From: Candidatus Woesearchaeota archaeon
Lineage (GTDB): Archaea > Nanobdellota > Nanobdellia > Woesearchaeales > UBA11576
Length of the DNA stretch: 64,000 nt
Assembly: GCA_013203345.1 (NCBI GenBank)
Contig: JABMQF010000062.1
Coordinates: 2,490 to 66,489, forward strand
Direction: 5' to 3'
The translations under genes were made by a program, and so were the position numbers. Of the stretch, positions 1-9,133 are shown piece by piece. Under the pieces are notes generated by a model that saw only the letters and a program-made list of their open reading frames with translations, did no database searches and was not told the DNA's origin. Within the stretch, counting starts at the first letter, position 1; each line of letters begins with the position of its first letter.

Positions 1-198
1 ATACTCAACTGGTATGATATAATAATCACAAAAATATCAAGAGCAGAAGAAAGAGACTACCAAGACATATTGGTAATAATGAAAAGCCAAAACATTGATT
101 TCAATAAATTGAAGAAAAGATATTATGCGCTCGCAGAAGGAGCGATAATATCTGCACATGATGAAAAATTCAGACATCTTGAGAGGCAAATCAAATGA
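1..198 (+). CDS. 3' end of a CDS entering from upstream (ILNWYDIIITKISRAEERDYQDILVIMKSQNIDFNKLKK...RQIK*); possibly C-terminus of a nucleotidyltransferase-fold/DUF6036-like protein
   Basis: Open frame 1 from window edge to TGA at 196-198. The stop overlaps the next ATG (ATGA at 195-198), which implies translational coupling. The R-x-x-D-x-x-DI-L pattern is reminiscent of the NTase-associated C-terminal helix, but this is weak. Confidence 0.35.
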   Translation: MLNWYDIIITKISRAEERDYQDILVIMKSQNIDFNKLKKRYYALAEGAIISAHDEKFRHLERQIK

Positions 199-815
199 TA
201 TCTGCAAAACTGATCAAAGATCTGGAAAAACATGGTTTCGAACTTGAATTTCCTACTTATGGAACCAATGAAGATATGATCCTGGAAATAATCAATGAAG
301 AAAATGAAAGACTATATCCTGCAATACCTCTCCTGTTATTAGACCACTTCAATTATGACCTGATCAAACACAGACTTAAACCAATTCAGAGAAAAAAATT
401 TGATTTCATAATACTAATAGCAGATAGCATATTCAAAAAAGAGAAATTAGATAATAAAAATACTAAACAGATCATCACTGATAATAAAATCAAGCAAAGA
501 ATCCCAAAAGAATCATTTGAGTATTATCATGCTGCATTCAAAGACTCTATGAAAAGAAAAGAGGAACAAAAAGAAGAACAGCGAGAAGAACAATTAGACA
601 TAAGAAACACACTTAACATAAACAAATCATTATCAACAATATATGCTCCAGGAAAGTTAAGAATAATGAACAAAATATATAATCATGAACATTTGACGAA
701 CACTGAGCTGAAATATTATTATCGATCTATCCGACCATTTATATTATCTATACTTAATGAGAACCTGAGGAAATATATCATGATAATAGAGTCGTCGAAG
801 AAATATACTCAATAA
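195..815 (+). CDS. hypothetical protein (206 aa), K/E-rich, coupled to upstream gene
   Basis: ORF track. ATGA overlap with the upstream partial CDS. No recognisable motif. Confidence 0.45.
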   Translation: MISAKLIKDLEKHGFELEFPTYGTNEDMILEIINEENERLYPAIPLLLLDHFNYDLIKHRLKPIQRKKFDFIILIADSIFKKEKLDNKNTKQIITDNKIKQRIPKESFEYYHAAFKDSMKRKEEQKEEQREEQLDIRNTLNINKSLSTIYAPGKLRIMNKIYNHEHLTNTELKYYYRSIRPFILSILNENLRKYIMIIESSKKYTQ

Positions 816-903
816 GGAATTGTTGTATGACGAAGAGATATTATTAAATAGAAACAGCCTGATTATCTGGTGTAAAGGGTGAACATCCCCCTTTTCGCCC
901 TTT

Positions 904-2208
904 TTACTTCTCCTGGACAGGGAATGTCCTGTATAATATTATTGCAGATAATGCTGCTGACAATCCGACTATGAAGTATACGCTGCTTATGGAAAGCAGA
1001 TCTGTCAGCCTGCTGAATACAAAGATGGAGACTATGTAGACAAGACTGACTACGAAATTCTGAACAGAGAGGGCCGTGGCCCTGTGACTCGACATGATGT
1101 GCTTCTGGATAAAGTTATTGGTGACAGGATATGACAGACCTCTTCCAAAATAGTTCACGATTATGAAAATCAGCCCGAACCATGCATCAATGAGACTTAG
1201 TATGATGAAGCAAGATATGTGGATGAAAGTTATTGAAAACAATGTCCGTTTCTCACCTAGCCAGTCAAGCAGCCTGTGCGCATTCCAGTAAACCATTGCT
1301 TCGAAACCCCAGATGAGCGCGAACAGAAAACCAAAGTTCTTCACATCAAAGCCGAACTCCACCAAGGAAGGCTGGACAATAAATATCTGGTACCCGAAAA
1401 AAGCTGCGAAGAGGGCACTGTATGCAATTATCCATCTGACCTGCGGATGCCCTTTCACATACCTGCAGCCCTCGATGACCTGGTTGTAATGAGCCCTCAT
1501 GCTGTACTTCTCCCGCTTCTTTGTCTCCTTCATCAGAAGGAATGAAACACCTGCCAGGAAGAACACAGCAGCGCCGAGGTAGTATGGATATGAGATGTTG
1601 ATTGTGAACAGGTAAGCACCGACAAACCCTCCAGATATACTGCCTATAGAAAATATTGCGCCCGACCGCCCATTTATCTTAGGGTATAAGTGCTCCTTTT
1701 TCAGCTCCTTTAGCGAGTCGTAGAAAAGCGCATCATCTGCGCCTGAGTAAAGGGTCTCACCTATGCCGTAGAGTGCGAGAATGATAAGAACCAATGAGTA
1801 ATTCCCAGTCATGCCGATAAGAAGGACAGCAAGACCCACCACAGCATACCCCAGGAACACACTCCATTTCCTGCCGATAAGATCAGCAAAAGCTCCGGAA
1901 GGAATCTCCAAGAGCAGCAACACAGCAGAGAACACTATGTCTGTGATGCCTATCTGGGTATAATCAAACCCTCTCGCAATGAGATACAAGGTCCATATTG
2001 TCGCAGGTATCCACAAACCACGCAGGTACTTGTAGAGGTAGAACTTCCAGATGTTCGCGTTCAGCTGTTTTTTTAGTGTTGTATCCATTCCTGTGACCTG
2101 TTTATTGTATCCATATTGAAAGGTATTTAAAATGTTTTTGATTGGGTGATGTCCTGCTTTTGGTTGTGCTGTCAATGTAAATTCCTGCATAGATATCTTT
2201 AAAAACAA
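904..2208 (-). CDS. MFS transporter
   Basis: About 12 predicted hydrophobic helices. The MFS signature GAFADLIGRK lies in the loop 2-3 position. Confidence 0.8.
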   Translation of the reverse strand: MFLKISMQEFTLTAQPKAGHHPIKNILNTFQYGYNKQVTGMDTTLKKQLNANIWKFYLYKYLRGLWIPATIWTLYLIARGFDYTQIGITDIVFSAVLLLLEIPSGAFADLIGRKWSVFLGYAVVGLAVLLIGMTGNYSLVLIILALYGIGETLYSGADDALFYDSLKELKKEHLYPKINGRSGAIFSIGSISGGFVGAYLFTINISYPYYLGAAVFFLAGVSFLLMKETKKREKYSMRAHYNQVIEGCRYVKGHPQVRWIIAYSALFAAFFGYQIFIVQPSLVEFGFDVKNFGFLFALIWGFEAMVYWNAHRLLDWLGEKRTLFSITFIHISCFIILSLIDAWFGLIFIIVNYFGRGLSYPVTNNFIQKHIMSSHRATALSVQNFVVSLVYIVSIFVFSRLTDLLSISSVYFIVGLSAALSAIILYRTFPVQEK

Positions 2209-2211
2209 TCG

Positions 2212-3684
2212 GTGTATGTTTCTGTTAAAATGAGATACGCAATAATCATACTAATCATGCTGATAGCAATCGTGGGTTGCGAAGAGCAGGAAATCATCGA
2301 GTCAAGGCCTGTCGATGCTGTTGACATCCCTTCAGAGGATGCTGCTGAGCCTGAAGCGCCTGTCACAGAAGATGAACCTCTTGAAGAAGAATTTGAATAT
2401 CTAGAGGAACCTATAAATGAAATACCTTCGGAAGAGATGATAGATGAAATAGAAGAGCCTCTCGAAGTTGAAGAACAGACTGTATATGAAGAACCAGAAA
2501 GAATAATCACCAGAGGCGGAACAGGAGGTTCTGGTTCTCAGGAAACAGAACCTGAAGAAGAGGAAGAAGAAGAGGAAACCGAAGAAGAAGAAGAGGCTGA
2601 AGAAGAAACAGAAGAAACTGTTTCATCAGATGTTATCCAGCCAAGTGATCTAACATACCTTGGAGCGTTCAGAGTTCCTGATGATATGGATGACATGGGT
2701 TATGAATGGGGCGGAACAGCAATTGCTTACTATCCAGAACATGAATCATTGTTTATGACAGGACATGAATGGTATCAAAGAGTTGGAGAGTTCAGCATAC
2801 CTGAGCCAAAGATGGGGGGTGTAGGAAATCTGAATACTGCAAATGAACTACAGCAAAGGACAGATGTTCGCGAGGCTTGGGATTATTTAGAAATACCAAG
2901 AGCAGCGCTTGCTTATGTTCCAGGACATGTGGGATTGTATATGGCATTTGCTCAGCATCTTGATTTTGAAACAACATCAAATCACGGATGGACAAGCATC
3001 ACACTTGATGATTCAAAAGGACCTTATAGCATAGGGGGACTTTGGAACTATCTTACATCCGATTATATGTTTGTGATACCTCCGGCATGGGCAGATGAAC
3101 ATGCTGACGGTCGAAGTCTGGCTACAGGTCGCTATAGAGACGGAGGACAGGCATCACAAGGACCTACAATCTTTGCAATATCTCCATGGGATGATCATGA
3201 TTATGTGACCTTGCTGAGATATTCAGATCATGCTTCGGATCCAACAGCAGTCAATAGCCTTAATGATTACTCCCATGCAGACGAATGGTCAGGAGGAGCA
3301 TGGATAGACGGCACAGTTGTGTTTGTAGGCTTTAAAGGAAAAGGAAACACATGGTATGGATATTATGATGGAACAGTAAGTGAAGAACCAGACTATCAGG
3401 AAGGACCAGGAGAAAGAGGATGGTGGGCAGACAACTGGGACGCAGAGATAATACTCTATGATGTTTCTGATTTTGAATCAGTTGTTGCTGGAGATATGGA
3501 AGCTTATGAGCCGCAACCTTATGCTGTGCTGGATATTTCCGATAGGATGTATAAATTCCCAGATAATGAGATACGTAAGTTAGGATCAGTTGCTTGGGAT
3601 GCAGAGGGTCGACGGTTGTTTGTCGCAGAACATCTTGGTGATGAAGATGATAGGCCTATTGTTCATGTGTGGAGTGTTGGGTGA
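2212..3684 (+). CDS. secreted/lipoprotein-like hypothetical protein with poly-acidic linker and W/G/D-rich C-terminal domain
   Basis: N-terminal hydrophobic segment ends in IVGC (lipobox-like). Long E-rich linker (EEEEEEEETEEEEEAEEETEE). C-terminal ~350 aa globular region rich in W/Y/G/D. Function not recognised. Confidence 0.55.
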   Translation: MYVSVKMRYAIIILIMLIAIVGCEEQEIIESRPVDAVDIPSEDAAEPEAPVTEDEPLEEEFEYLEEPINEIPSEEMIDEIEEPLEVEEQTVYEEPERIITRGGTGGSGSQETEPEEEEEEEETEEEEEAEEETEETVSSDVIQPSDLTYLGAFRVPDDMDDMGYEWGGTAIAYYPEHESLFMTGHEWYQRVGEFSIPEPKMGGVGNLNTANELQQRTDVREAWDYLEIPRAALAYVPGHVGLYMAFAQHLDFETTSNHGWTSITLDDSKGPYSIGGLWNYLTSDYMFVIPPAWADEHADGRSLATGRYRDGGQASQGPTIFAISPWDDHDYVTLLRYSDHASDPTAVNSLNDYSHADEWSGGAWIDGTVVFVGFKGKGNTWYGYYDGTVSEEPDYQEGPGERGWWADNWDAEIILYDVSDFESVVAGDMEAYEPQPYAVLDISDRMYKFPDNEIRKLGSVAWDAEGRRLFVAEHLGDEDDRPIVHVWSVG

Positions 3685-3708
3685 GACAGAGAGAAATCTG
3701 TTTGGTCT

Positions 3709-4677
3709 GTGGTGTGGCAGGGGTGCAAGTGCATGAAATTGGCAACAATCAAAAAACAGATTGAGAAGGCAGTGAAGCTGCATGCGAAGAATCTTGGGAT
3801 ATGTGCTGTGAAGAGTGTCAAGGTCTCTAAGATTGGTGTCGGCGAGAATAACCTGAACATGTTAGCGGAAGTCAATGGAAAAAAGTTCACCTTCCGCATC
3901 TCATTGAAGAGCGAGAAGAATCTCTCAGATGAATTCAGAGCACTACATCGGATCCCAAAAGGTCTTGGACCTAAACCAATCTACATCGACAAGACAAAAA
4001 GAATACTATCTCACGAGTACATTGTCATGGAATACATCGAAGGAAGAGTTCTGAAAAGATTGTCAGACAAGCATCTTAAACTGCATGCCAAATCACTGGC
4101 AAAGCTCCATAGCATCCGGAAAAAACTGCCGAATGGATTTGACCTGAACAAGTGGCTCAAAAAGGAAATAAACTGGACTGCGAAAAGGATGCCCATCTAC
4201 GAGGACAAGGAAATACAAGAACTTCTTCCAAAGGGCATAGAATATGTCAAATCAAAAAACCATCTCTTCACTGCATTGAAACAATCATCATTGACACACT
4301 GCGATCCATGCCTGTCAAACATCATCTTCAACAAGAAAGGTCTTAGATACATTGACTGGGAATGGTCCAAATTCCATGACAATGCATATGATGTGTCCAT
4401 GATATATGATCCTGACTGCACACAGCCGCCCTGGAAGATGAAATTATCCGGCAAAAGGTTAAAGACATATCTTAACACATACAACAGATACATGAAAGAC
4501 AAGACACTGATGCAGAGGGTGCCAGTCTGGATTACAGTATACAGGTTCACAGACCTGCTGTTCTTCAAATACAAATTATGGAACTGGAAGAACGAGAAAT
4601 CAAAAGACATACCAAAGAAACAATACGAAGCGCACCTGAGGAACACCATAAAAATGCTTAGAAAACAGTTCAGGTAG
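3709..4677 (+). CDS. APH/choline-kinase-family phosphotransferase (likely true start at M 3733, MKLATIKK)
   Basis: Catalytic-loop motif HCDPCLSNIIF and downstream IDWEWS (the D-x-E metal site), as in aminoglycoside/choline kinase-like kinases. Confidence 0.65.
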   Translation: MVWQGCKCMKLATIKKQIEKAVKLHAKNLGICAVKSVKVSKIGVGENNLNMLAEVNGKKFTFRISLKSEKNLSDEFRALHRIPKGLGPKPIYIDKTKRILSHEYIVMEYIEGRVLKRLSDKHLKLHAKSLAKLHSIRKKLPNGFDLNKWLKKEINWTAKRMPIYEDKEIQELLPKGIEYVKSKNHLFTALKQSSLTHCDPCLSNIIFNKKGLRYIDWEWSKFHDNAYDVSMIYDPDCTQPPWKMKLSGKRLKTYLNTYNRYMKDKTLMQRVPVWITVYRFTDLLFFKYKLWNWKNEKSKDIPKKQYEAHLRNTIKMLRKQFR

Positions 4678-4857
4678 ATGTAAAGCAAGAAGCCCTCAGT
4701 CGGAGCATGAAATTCATCGCCGAGGCTCATTTTCCTGCAATTGTCTTTACAGAACTTCTCAAACACACGATGAGTTGGGATTGATTGATGGTAAATATTG
4801 GTATCGTTGCGCAGATGGTAGAAACAGTTAAATATATTGAAATGGATTTGAATCAGC

Positions 4858-5322
4858 ATGGAAGAGCAATACTCAATCAAGGATGGTCGTGTCGAGGCTG
4901 TGATGTGGATCGTGTACAAGGATGGTGCGGTTGTTATCGAGAAGAGGCCTGCGCATCCTACCAAGGCGACAACTTGTTTGCCTGCAGGGCATGTTGATTT
5001 GAACAGAGACAAGGGAGAGGACTATATTGAAGCTGCTTTTATTCGTGAGAGTTCTGAAGAGTTTGCTGAAGGAAAATTCAAGCCTACTTCGTGGAAATAC
5101 CTGAAAGCAATTGATTTTGAAGAGACAGAAAGGGATGGTCGTGTGACCAAGCTGAAACTGCATTACTTTGTTGTGACAGAGTGGGAAGGTGATGTACCCG
5201 AGTACACAGTGGAGCACAATGGAAAGCATGCTGATCTTGAGTGGTTTTCAATATCACGGTATGAAGAACTGCCGCAGATCTGTGATCGGGAAGTGCTTAG
5301 TCATCTTGAGAAGATGTTGTGA
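4858..5322 (+). CDS. Nudix-family hydrolase (divergent Nudix box)
   Basis: GHVDLNRDKGEDYIEAAFIRESSEEFAEG approximates the Nudix box Gx5Ex7REUxEExGU but with altered spacing. Confidence 0.5.
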   Translation: MEEQYSIKDGRVEAVMWIVYKDGAVVIEKRPAHPTKATTCLPAGHVDLNRDKGEDYIEAAFIRESSEEFAEGKFKPTSWKYLKAIDFEETERDGRVTKLKLHYFVVTEWEGDVPEYTVEHNGKHADLEWFSISRYEELPQICDREVLSHLEKML

Positions 5323-5326
5323 GTTC

Positions 5327-5439
5327 GTTTATGCTATAAACAAATAACCTTAATTCTTTCTATTTTGTTTATGTTATAAACATTGTTTATTGTGTAAACA
5401 GAAAACTATATATAGGAGTTTTGCGTTTATTGTATAAAC
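5327..5439. promoter_or_regulatory. array of four 15-bp palindromic sites GTTTAT-N3-(A/T)TAAAC
   Basis: Sites at 5327-5341 gtttatgctataaac, 5367-5381 gtttatgttataaac, 5385-5399 gtttattgtgtaaac and 5425-5439 gtttattgtataaac. Each half-site GTTTAT is the reverse complement of ATAAAC. The array lies immediately upstream of, and overlaps, the HEPN gene. Confidence 0.55.
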
Positions 5440-5547
5440 CTGGAAGAACTGCTTGGCAATGTCATATCATTCTATCGATCTGCACAGATAGTAGAATCAT
5501 CTAAAGATTACACTTCAGCAACCATACTTTACTTCAAGTGTCTTTTT

Positions 5548-5781
5548 GTGATGGCAGACCTCATCATATTCCGCAAGAAGAGAATGACACCTAAAGACCA
5601 TACAGAAAGATTCAGGATGCTGGAAAAAGATTTTCCTGACATCTACACAGTGCTTGACAAGACATTCCAGATATATCGCGATACATACTCACTCAACATC
5701 GACAAAAAGAAGTGCGAAGAGGTAAAGCAGCATGTCATCAGAATTGCCAAAGAACAGGAAATTCATCTCGACAGTAAATAA
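5548..5781 (+). CDS. HEPN-domain protein (toxin-like partner of the downstream MNT); N-terminus uncertain
   Basis: RMTPKDH fits the HEPN Rx4-6H motif. Clear paralogy to the 7253-7612 HEPN (FPDIYTVLDKTFQIYRDTY vs YPEIYMIIDKDFPFYQDSY). The in-frame open reading continues upstream to 5416 with no ATG/GTG/TTG. Overlaps the MNT gene by 50 nt. Confidence 0.55.
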   Translation: MMADLIIFRKKRMTPKDHTERFRMLEKDFPDIYTVLDKTFQIYRDTYSLNIDKKKCEEVKQHVIRIAKEQEIHLDSK

Positions 5782-6316
5782 GTTCTACAAGAACAACAAG
5801 GAATCAGTGCTTGACATAGTCCTTTTTGGGTCAAGCACCAAGGGGAAAAAGGTGCCAAATGACATTGACATCCTTCTTTTGTTTAAGGATACAGAGGATA
5901 CAGACATCGCGTATGAACTCAGGAAGATTCTGAAAATATTCGGGAAAGTGCAGATAACTACAAAGACCTATTCGAATATGTTCGACAACAAATTCATGGC
6001 AAGGGAATCATATCTGTCTGAGGGCTACAGCCTTATTATGAAGAAAAGAATATCCTCCGGCCTCGGCTACTCCAGCAGAACAGTATTCAAGTACAAACTT
6101 CAGGGCTTTAACCAGTCAAGAAGGATGCAGCTACAGTACGCACTCTATGGGCGGGGCGGAAAGACAGGCATAGTAAAAGAATTCGGACTTGAGAAGTTCG
6201 CAGACACTGTGTTTTTCTGTCAGACAGAAAAAACAGAGAAGTTCAGGGAATTCCTAGACTATTGGGAGATAGAATATGATGTGTTCCCTATACTTTTACC
6301 GAAGAGGATGGTATGA
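5732..6316 (+). CDS. minimal nucleotidyltransferase (MNT, Pol-beta superfamily)
   Basis: LFGSSTKGKKVPNDIDILLLF matches the hG[GS]x9-13DhDh NTase signature. Confidence 0.75.
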   Translation: MSSELPKNRKFISTVNKFYKNNKESVLDIVLFGSSTKGKKVPNDIDILLLFKDTEDTDIAYELRKILKIFGKVQITTKTYSNMFDNKFMARESYLSEGYSLIMKKRISSGLGYSSRTVFKYKLQGFNQSRRMQLQYALYGRGGKTGIVKEFGLEKFADTVFFCQTEKTEKFREFLDYWEIEYDVFPILLPKRMV

Positions 6317-6733
6317 ATGGTACACCTTATGACTAATATTGCAGAGTATGCTATAATCATCGATGATAATAAGTTCCTTATGGTCCAATGGGGTCAGCAA
6401 TATGATAATACCTGGCACTTTCCTGGCGGTAGACTGGATGAGAATGATAGGGAGATAGAGGGTCTTAGACGTGAAGTCAAAGAAGAGATAGGTGTTGAGA
6501 TTATTGATATCAAGCCTGTGTTTTCCAAGTTTGTCACAAAGGCTGAATGTCAATATGCCAAAAAAGATTATCAAATGTATACATTATTCTACACTGCCAG
6601 GATCAAGCCAGGCCAGGAAATCAAACTCGATGAGGTGGAGCACCACAATTACAAGTGGTTTACTCGCAAAGATCTAGAGAATATTGAATTCTACATGGAT
6701 TTCTACAAAGAGATGCTAGAAGAGATATTTTGA
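6317..6733 (+). CDS. Nudix hydrolase
   Basis: Near-canonical Nudix box GGRLDENDREIEGLRREVKEEIGV. The start codon directly abuts the MNT stop (TGAATG at 6314-6319). Confidence 0.8.
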   Translation: MVHLMTNIAEYAIIIDDNKFLMVQWGQQYDNTWHFPGGRLDENDREIEGLRREVKEEIGVEIIDIKPVFSKFVTKAECQYAKKDYQMYTLFYTARIKPGQEIKLDEVEHHNYKWFTRKDLENIEFYMDFYKEMLEEIF

Positions 6734-6762
6734 ACCGTTGCGGATATTTCTGGCAGGGCACA

Positions 6763-7299
6763 CTATGCCTTCAAGATGTTCTTTCGCCCATAGTTGATTT
6801 TATGAGACTTCAATATCTCCGCGAACTCGTCAGAGTTTTCGATAGGTATCTCTATGACACCTGGCGCGATGTGGTCCCCGTCCAGCATCTTAACAATGCC
6901 ATCCCTTCCCCTGCCGCTCAGCACATAATTAAACTTGACTTTTTCCGTATGTGTCTTGTCCTTGAGATCATAGCTGAACAAAGCAGATGAAGTGAACCCA
7001 AGCAATCGGGAAAAGGGCTTTTGATGCCTTACACTGATACCTTCAAGAAAAATACCTGTCCTGGAGAAGAACTCAGGCCTGAACAACTCATGCAGAAGGA
7101 TTGCCTTGATATCCACTTTGACATCAAGGTCCTTGCGGATCTTCTGGATAGTCGTCAATCTTTCATCCAATGAACCAGAACTAAATATCACTGCAATATC
7201 TATGTCACCTGGCTTCATCTTTCCTTTTACACTGGAGCCATAAATGACAATGTCAAATATTTCCTTGGAAAGATATTTTTTTAATCTTTTCAGCATCAT
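6763..7299 (-). CDS. minimal nucleotidyltransferase (MNT)
   Basis: IYGSSVKGKMKPGDIDIAVIF NTase signature. Paralog of the 5732-6316 MNT. Confidence 0.75.
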   Translation of the reverse strand: MMLKRLKKYLSKEIFDIVIYGSSVKGKMKPGDIDIAVIFSSGSLDERLTTIQKIRKDLDVKVDIKAILLHELFRPEFFSRTGIFLEGISVRHQKPFSRLLGFTSSALFSYDLKDKTHTEKVKFNYVLSGRGRDGIVKMLDGDHIAPGVIEIPIENSDEFAEILKSHKINYGRKNILKA

Positions 7300-7612
7300 G
7301 TTTCATCATCTCAGCGGCTTCGGAATCCATCTTCTTTGTGTAGCTATCCTGATAGAATGGAAAATCCTTGTCTATTATCATGTATATCTCTGGATATTTC
7401 TCCTGAATTATCCTGAACCTGTTTGAGTGCGATGAGGGAACCTCGCCTTCAGACTTCAAGAGGAAAAGGTCCACGCCCGCACACATTGACTTGAAGAATA
7501 AAGTCGTAGCTGAGTTGAACCTTTGCTTATTGAAAGCCTCCATAGCGGAAACGAAGTATTCATTGATATTCTCAACCAGTATCTTCTCTTTTTCATCCAT
7601 TGTATAGTACAA
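7253..7612 (-). CDS. HEPN-domain protein (partner of 6763-7299 MNT)
   Basis: 119 aa, paralogous to the 5548 HEPN. Overlaps the MNT gene start by 47 nt, the typical HEPN-MNT operon architecture. Confidence 0.6.
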   Translation of the reverse strand: MYYTMDEKEKILVENINEYFVSAMEAFNKQRFNSATTLFFKSMCAGVDLFLLKSEGEVPSSHSNRFRIIQEKYPEIYMIIDKDFPFYQDSYTKKMDSEAAEMMKHDAEKIKKISFQGNI

Positions 7613-7771
7613 CGCAAAGGTAATATTTAAGGTTTTTGGTTGTATTGTTCAACATAAATCGTTTTTAAGTGGTTATTTGTTGTAGGGTACAACAAGGATT
7701 GGGGTGTAGATAGTCTATTCGCGAGAAGACCCCAGTGTTGCAAGAGATAATTGTGATAGAAAAATATTGAA

Positions 7772-9049
7772 TCACTTCTTTGCAAGATAGTAGAATATCA
7801 CCCCTGGAAGAATGAATACACCAGAAAGTGCGAGAGCTATCTTAGGTCCGAATGCATCAGTAATGAATCCACCTGCGAGCATAGCAATAAAGCAAGGTAA
7901 CCCTATTATCATTGATTTAGTCGAACCAATAGCCGCCCTGATCTTTGATAGTGAATGTTTCTGGAAATAATGGTTTTCCAGTGGAAATAATATGTTCGGA
8001 ATAACAAACCGCGACACTATGAAAGCTATGATTGCGTAGACAGGACCTGCAATGAAATAAATTCCAATGGATGCAACCGCAATAATGATTATCAACAAAG
8101 CCAATATCTGGTTATCTCCCTTGATCTTCTTCTGGATAACCTTAACTAAGTGAGGAACGAAAACACCTATCAGCGCACCTGCAGAACCAAGCAAAGTGAA
8201 ATATTTCAAGAGGATACCTTGTGATAGGAAGTAAGGCTGCCAGGCAACTGCCGAGACACTGATTAGGTAAAAGAAAAATCCACCCAACGTAAGGTAGAAT
8301 AATATCTTATGGTCATATACATACTTGATTGCTTCCCTTGATACTTTGATAGTCTTACCCAAGACGTTGGTTAAAGGTGTGCGTTCGAATTTCGCTCGAG
8401 ATCTTTCCGCAAACATTAGGCAAAATCCGCCAAGAGTCATTCCAGCACCTGAAATAAAAAAGATCCAGTCAATCCCTAAAAAAGCAATAATCAAAACACC
8501 TAACACTCCCGCAATGAAAGTTCCTAGAGATTTAATGCTGGTACTGTTCATGAAATAGCTCTCTTGCAGGTCAGATTGACGATGTCTTTTTAGAAGATCC
8601 ACAACCCAAGCTTCCTCTGCTCCTGATACCAATGTCAATGCGAATGCAAAAAATATCAAGAGTAAGCAAACTGCGACAAATGATTGCATGAAAGGCACCA
8701 TCAACAAGATTAAACCTCCTAGTAACCACCCAATGATCACTGATTTTTTCCTTCCGAGAATATCTGCGACAGCGCCTGTCGGGATCTCGAACAAGGTAGT
8801 TCCTAAAAGGACAATACCCCAAGTCAGGGATATCTGGACAAAAGAAAATCCTTTGTCTAAGAAAAATATGACCCAGATGAATTCGGTGGAGTCTGCTAAA
8901 AAACCGATAAACAGTGATAAGTAGAAAGGCCACAAAAGCTTGAACTCCCCTTTTTTGAAGAACATGTTAAAGGCATACAAATATTTGTTTATAAATTCTT
9001 TGAGTTGAGTCTGAGTCATACTTTCAAACAATACAAAAAATTCAAACAT
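7772..9049 (-). CDS. MFS transporter
   Basis: Multi-helix hydrophobic profile. GAVADILGRKK MFS motif. Confidence 0.8.
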   Translation of the reverse strand: MFEFFVLFESMTQTQLKEFINKYLYAFNMFFKKGEFKLLWPFYLSLFIGFLADSTEFIWVIFFLDKGFSFVQISLTWGIVLLGTTLFEIPTGAVADILGRKKSVIIGWLLGGLILLMVPFMQSFVAVCLLLIFFAFALTLVSGAEEAWVVDLLKRHRQSDLQESYFMNSTSIKSLGTFIAGVLGVLIIAFLGIDWIFFISGAGMTLGGFCLMFAERSRAKFERTPLTNVLGKTIKVSREAIKYVYDHKILFYLTLGGFFFYLISVSAVAWQPYFLSQGILLKYFTLLGSAGALIGVFVPHLVKVIQKKIKGDNQILALLIIIIAVASIGIYFIAGPVYAIIAFIVSRFVIPNILFPLENHYFQKHSLSKIRAAIGSTKSMIIGLPCFIAMLAGGFITDAFGPKIALALSGVFILPGVIFYYLAKK

Positions 9050-9080
9050 TCAAGGAAATTAACCACTTACCAATGACTAA

Positions 9081-9133
9081 TTAATCACAAGTCTTAAATA
9101 TAAGTTGCCAGCTCATTAATTTCTGTGATTAAT
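9081..9133. promoter_or_regulatory. inverted repeat TTAATCACA ... TGTGATTAA in divergent MFS promoter region
   Basis: 9081-9089 ttaatcaca and 9125-9133 tgtgattaa are exact reverse complements, spaced ~35 bp apart, between the divergent genes 7772-9049(-) and 9400(+). Confidence 0.35.

Noticed and set aside
2199-2510. 103-aa Ser-rich minus-strand ORF
   Set aside because: Antisense to the poly-Glu linker region of 2212-3684. Poly-Ser is the expected mirror of GAA/GAG repeats.
4197-5012. 271-aa minus-strand ORF
   Set aside because: Antisense to both the APH-like kinase and the Nudix gene. It has Cys/Phe/Leu-rich antisense-type composition and spans an intergenic gap. Judged spurious.
7613-7771. 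GGGGTG...CCCC hairpin-like element, considered as tRNA or terminator
   Set aside because: No tRNA-like T-arm (GTTCRANYC) or acceptor pairing. Stem is weak.
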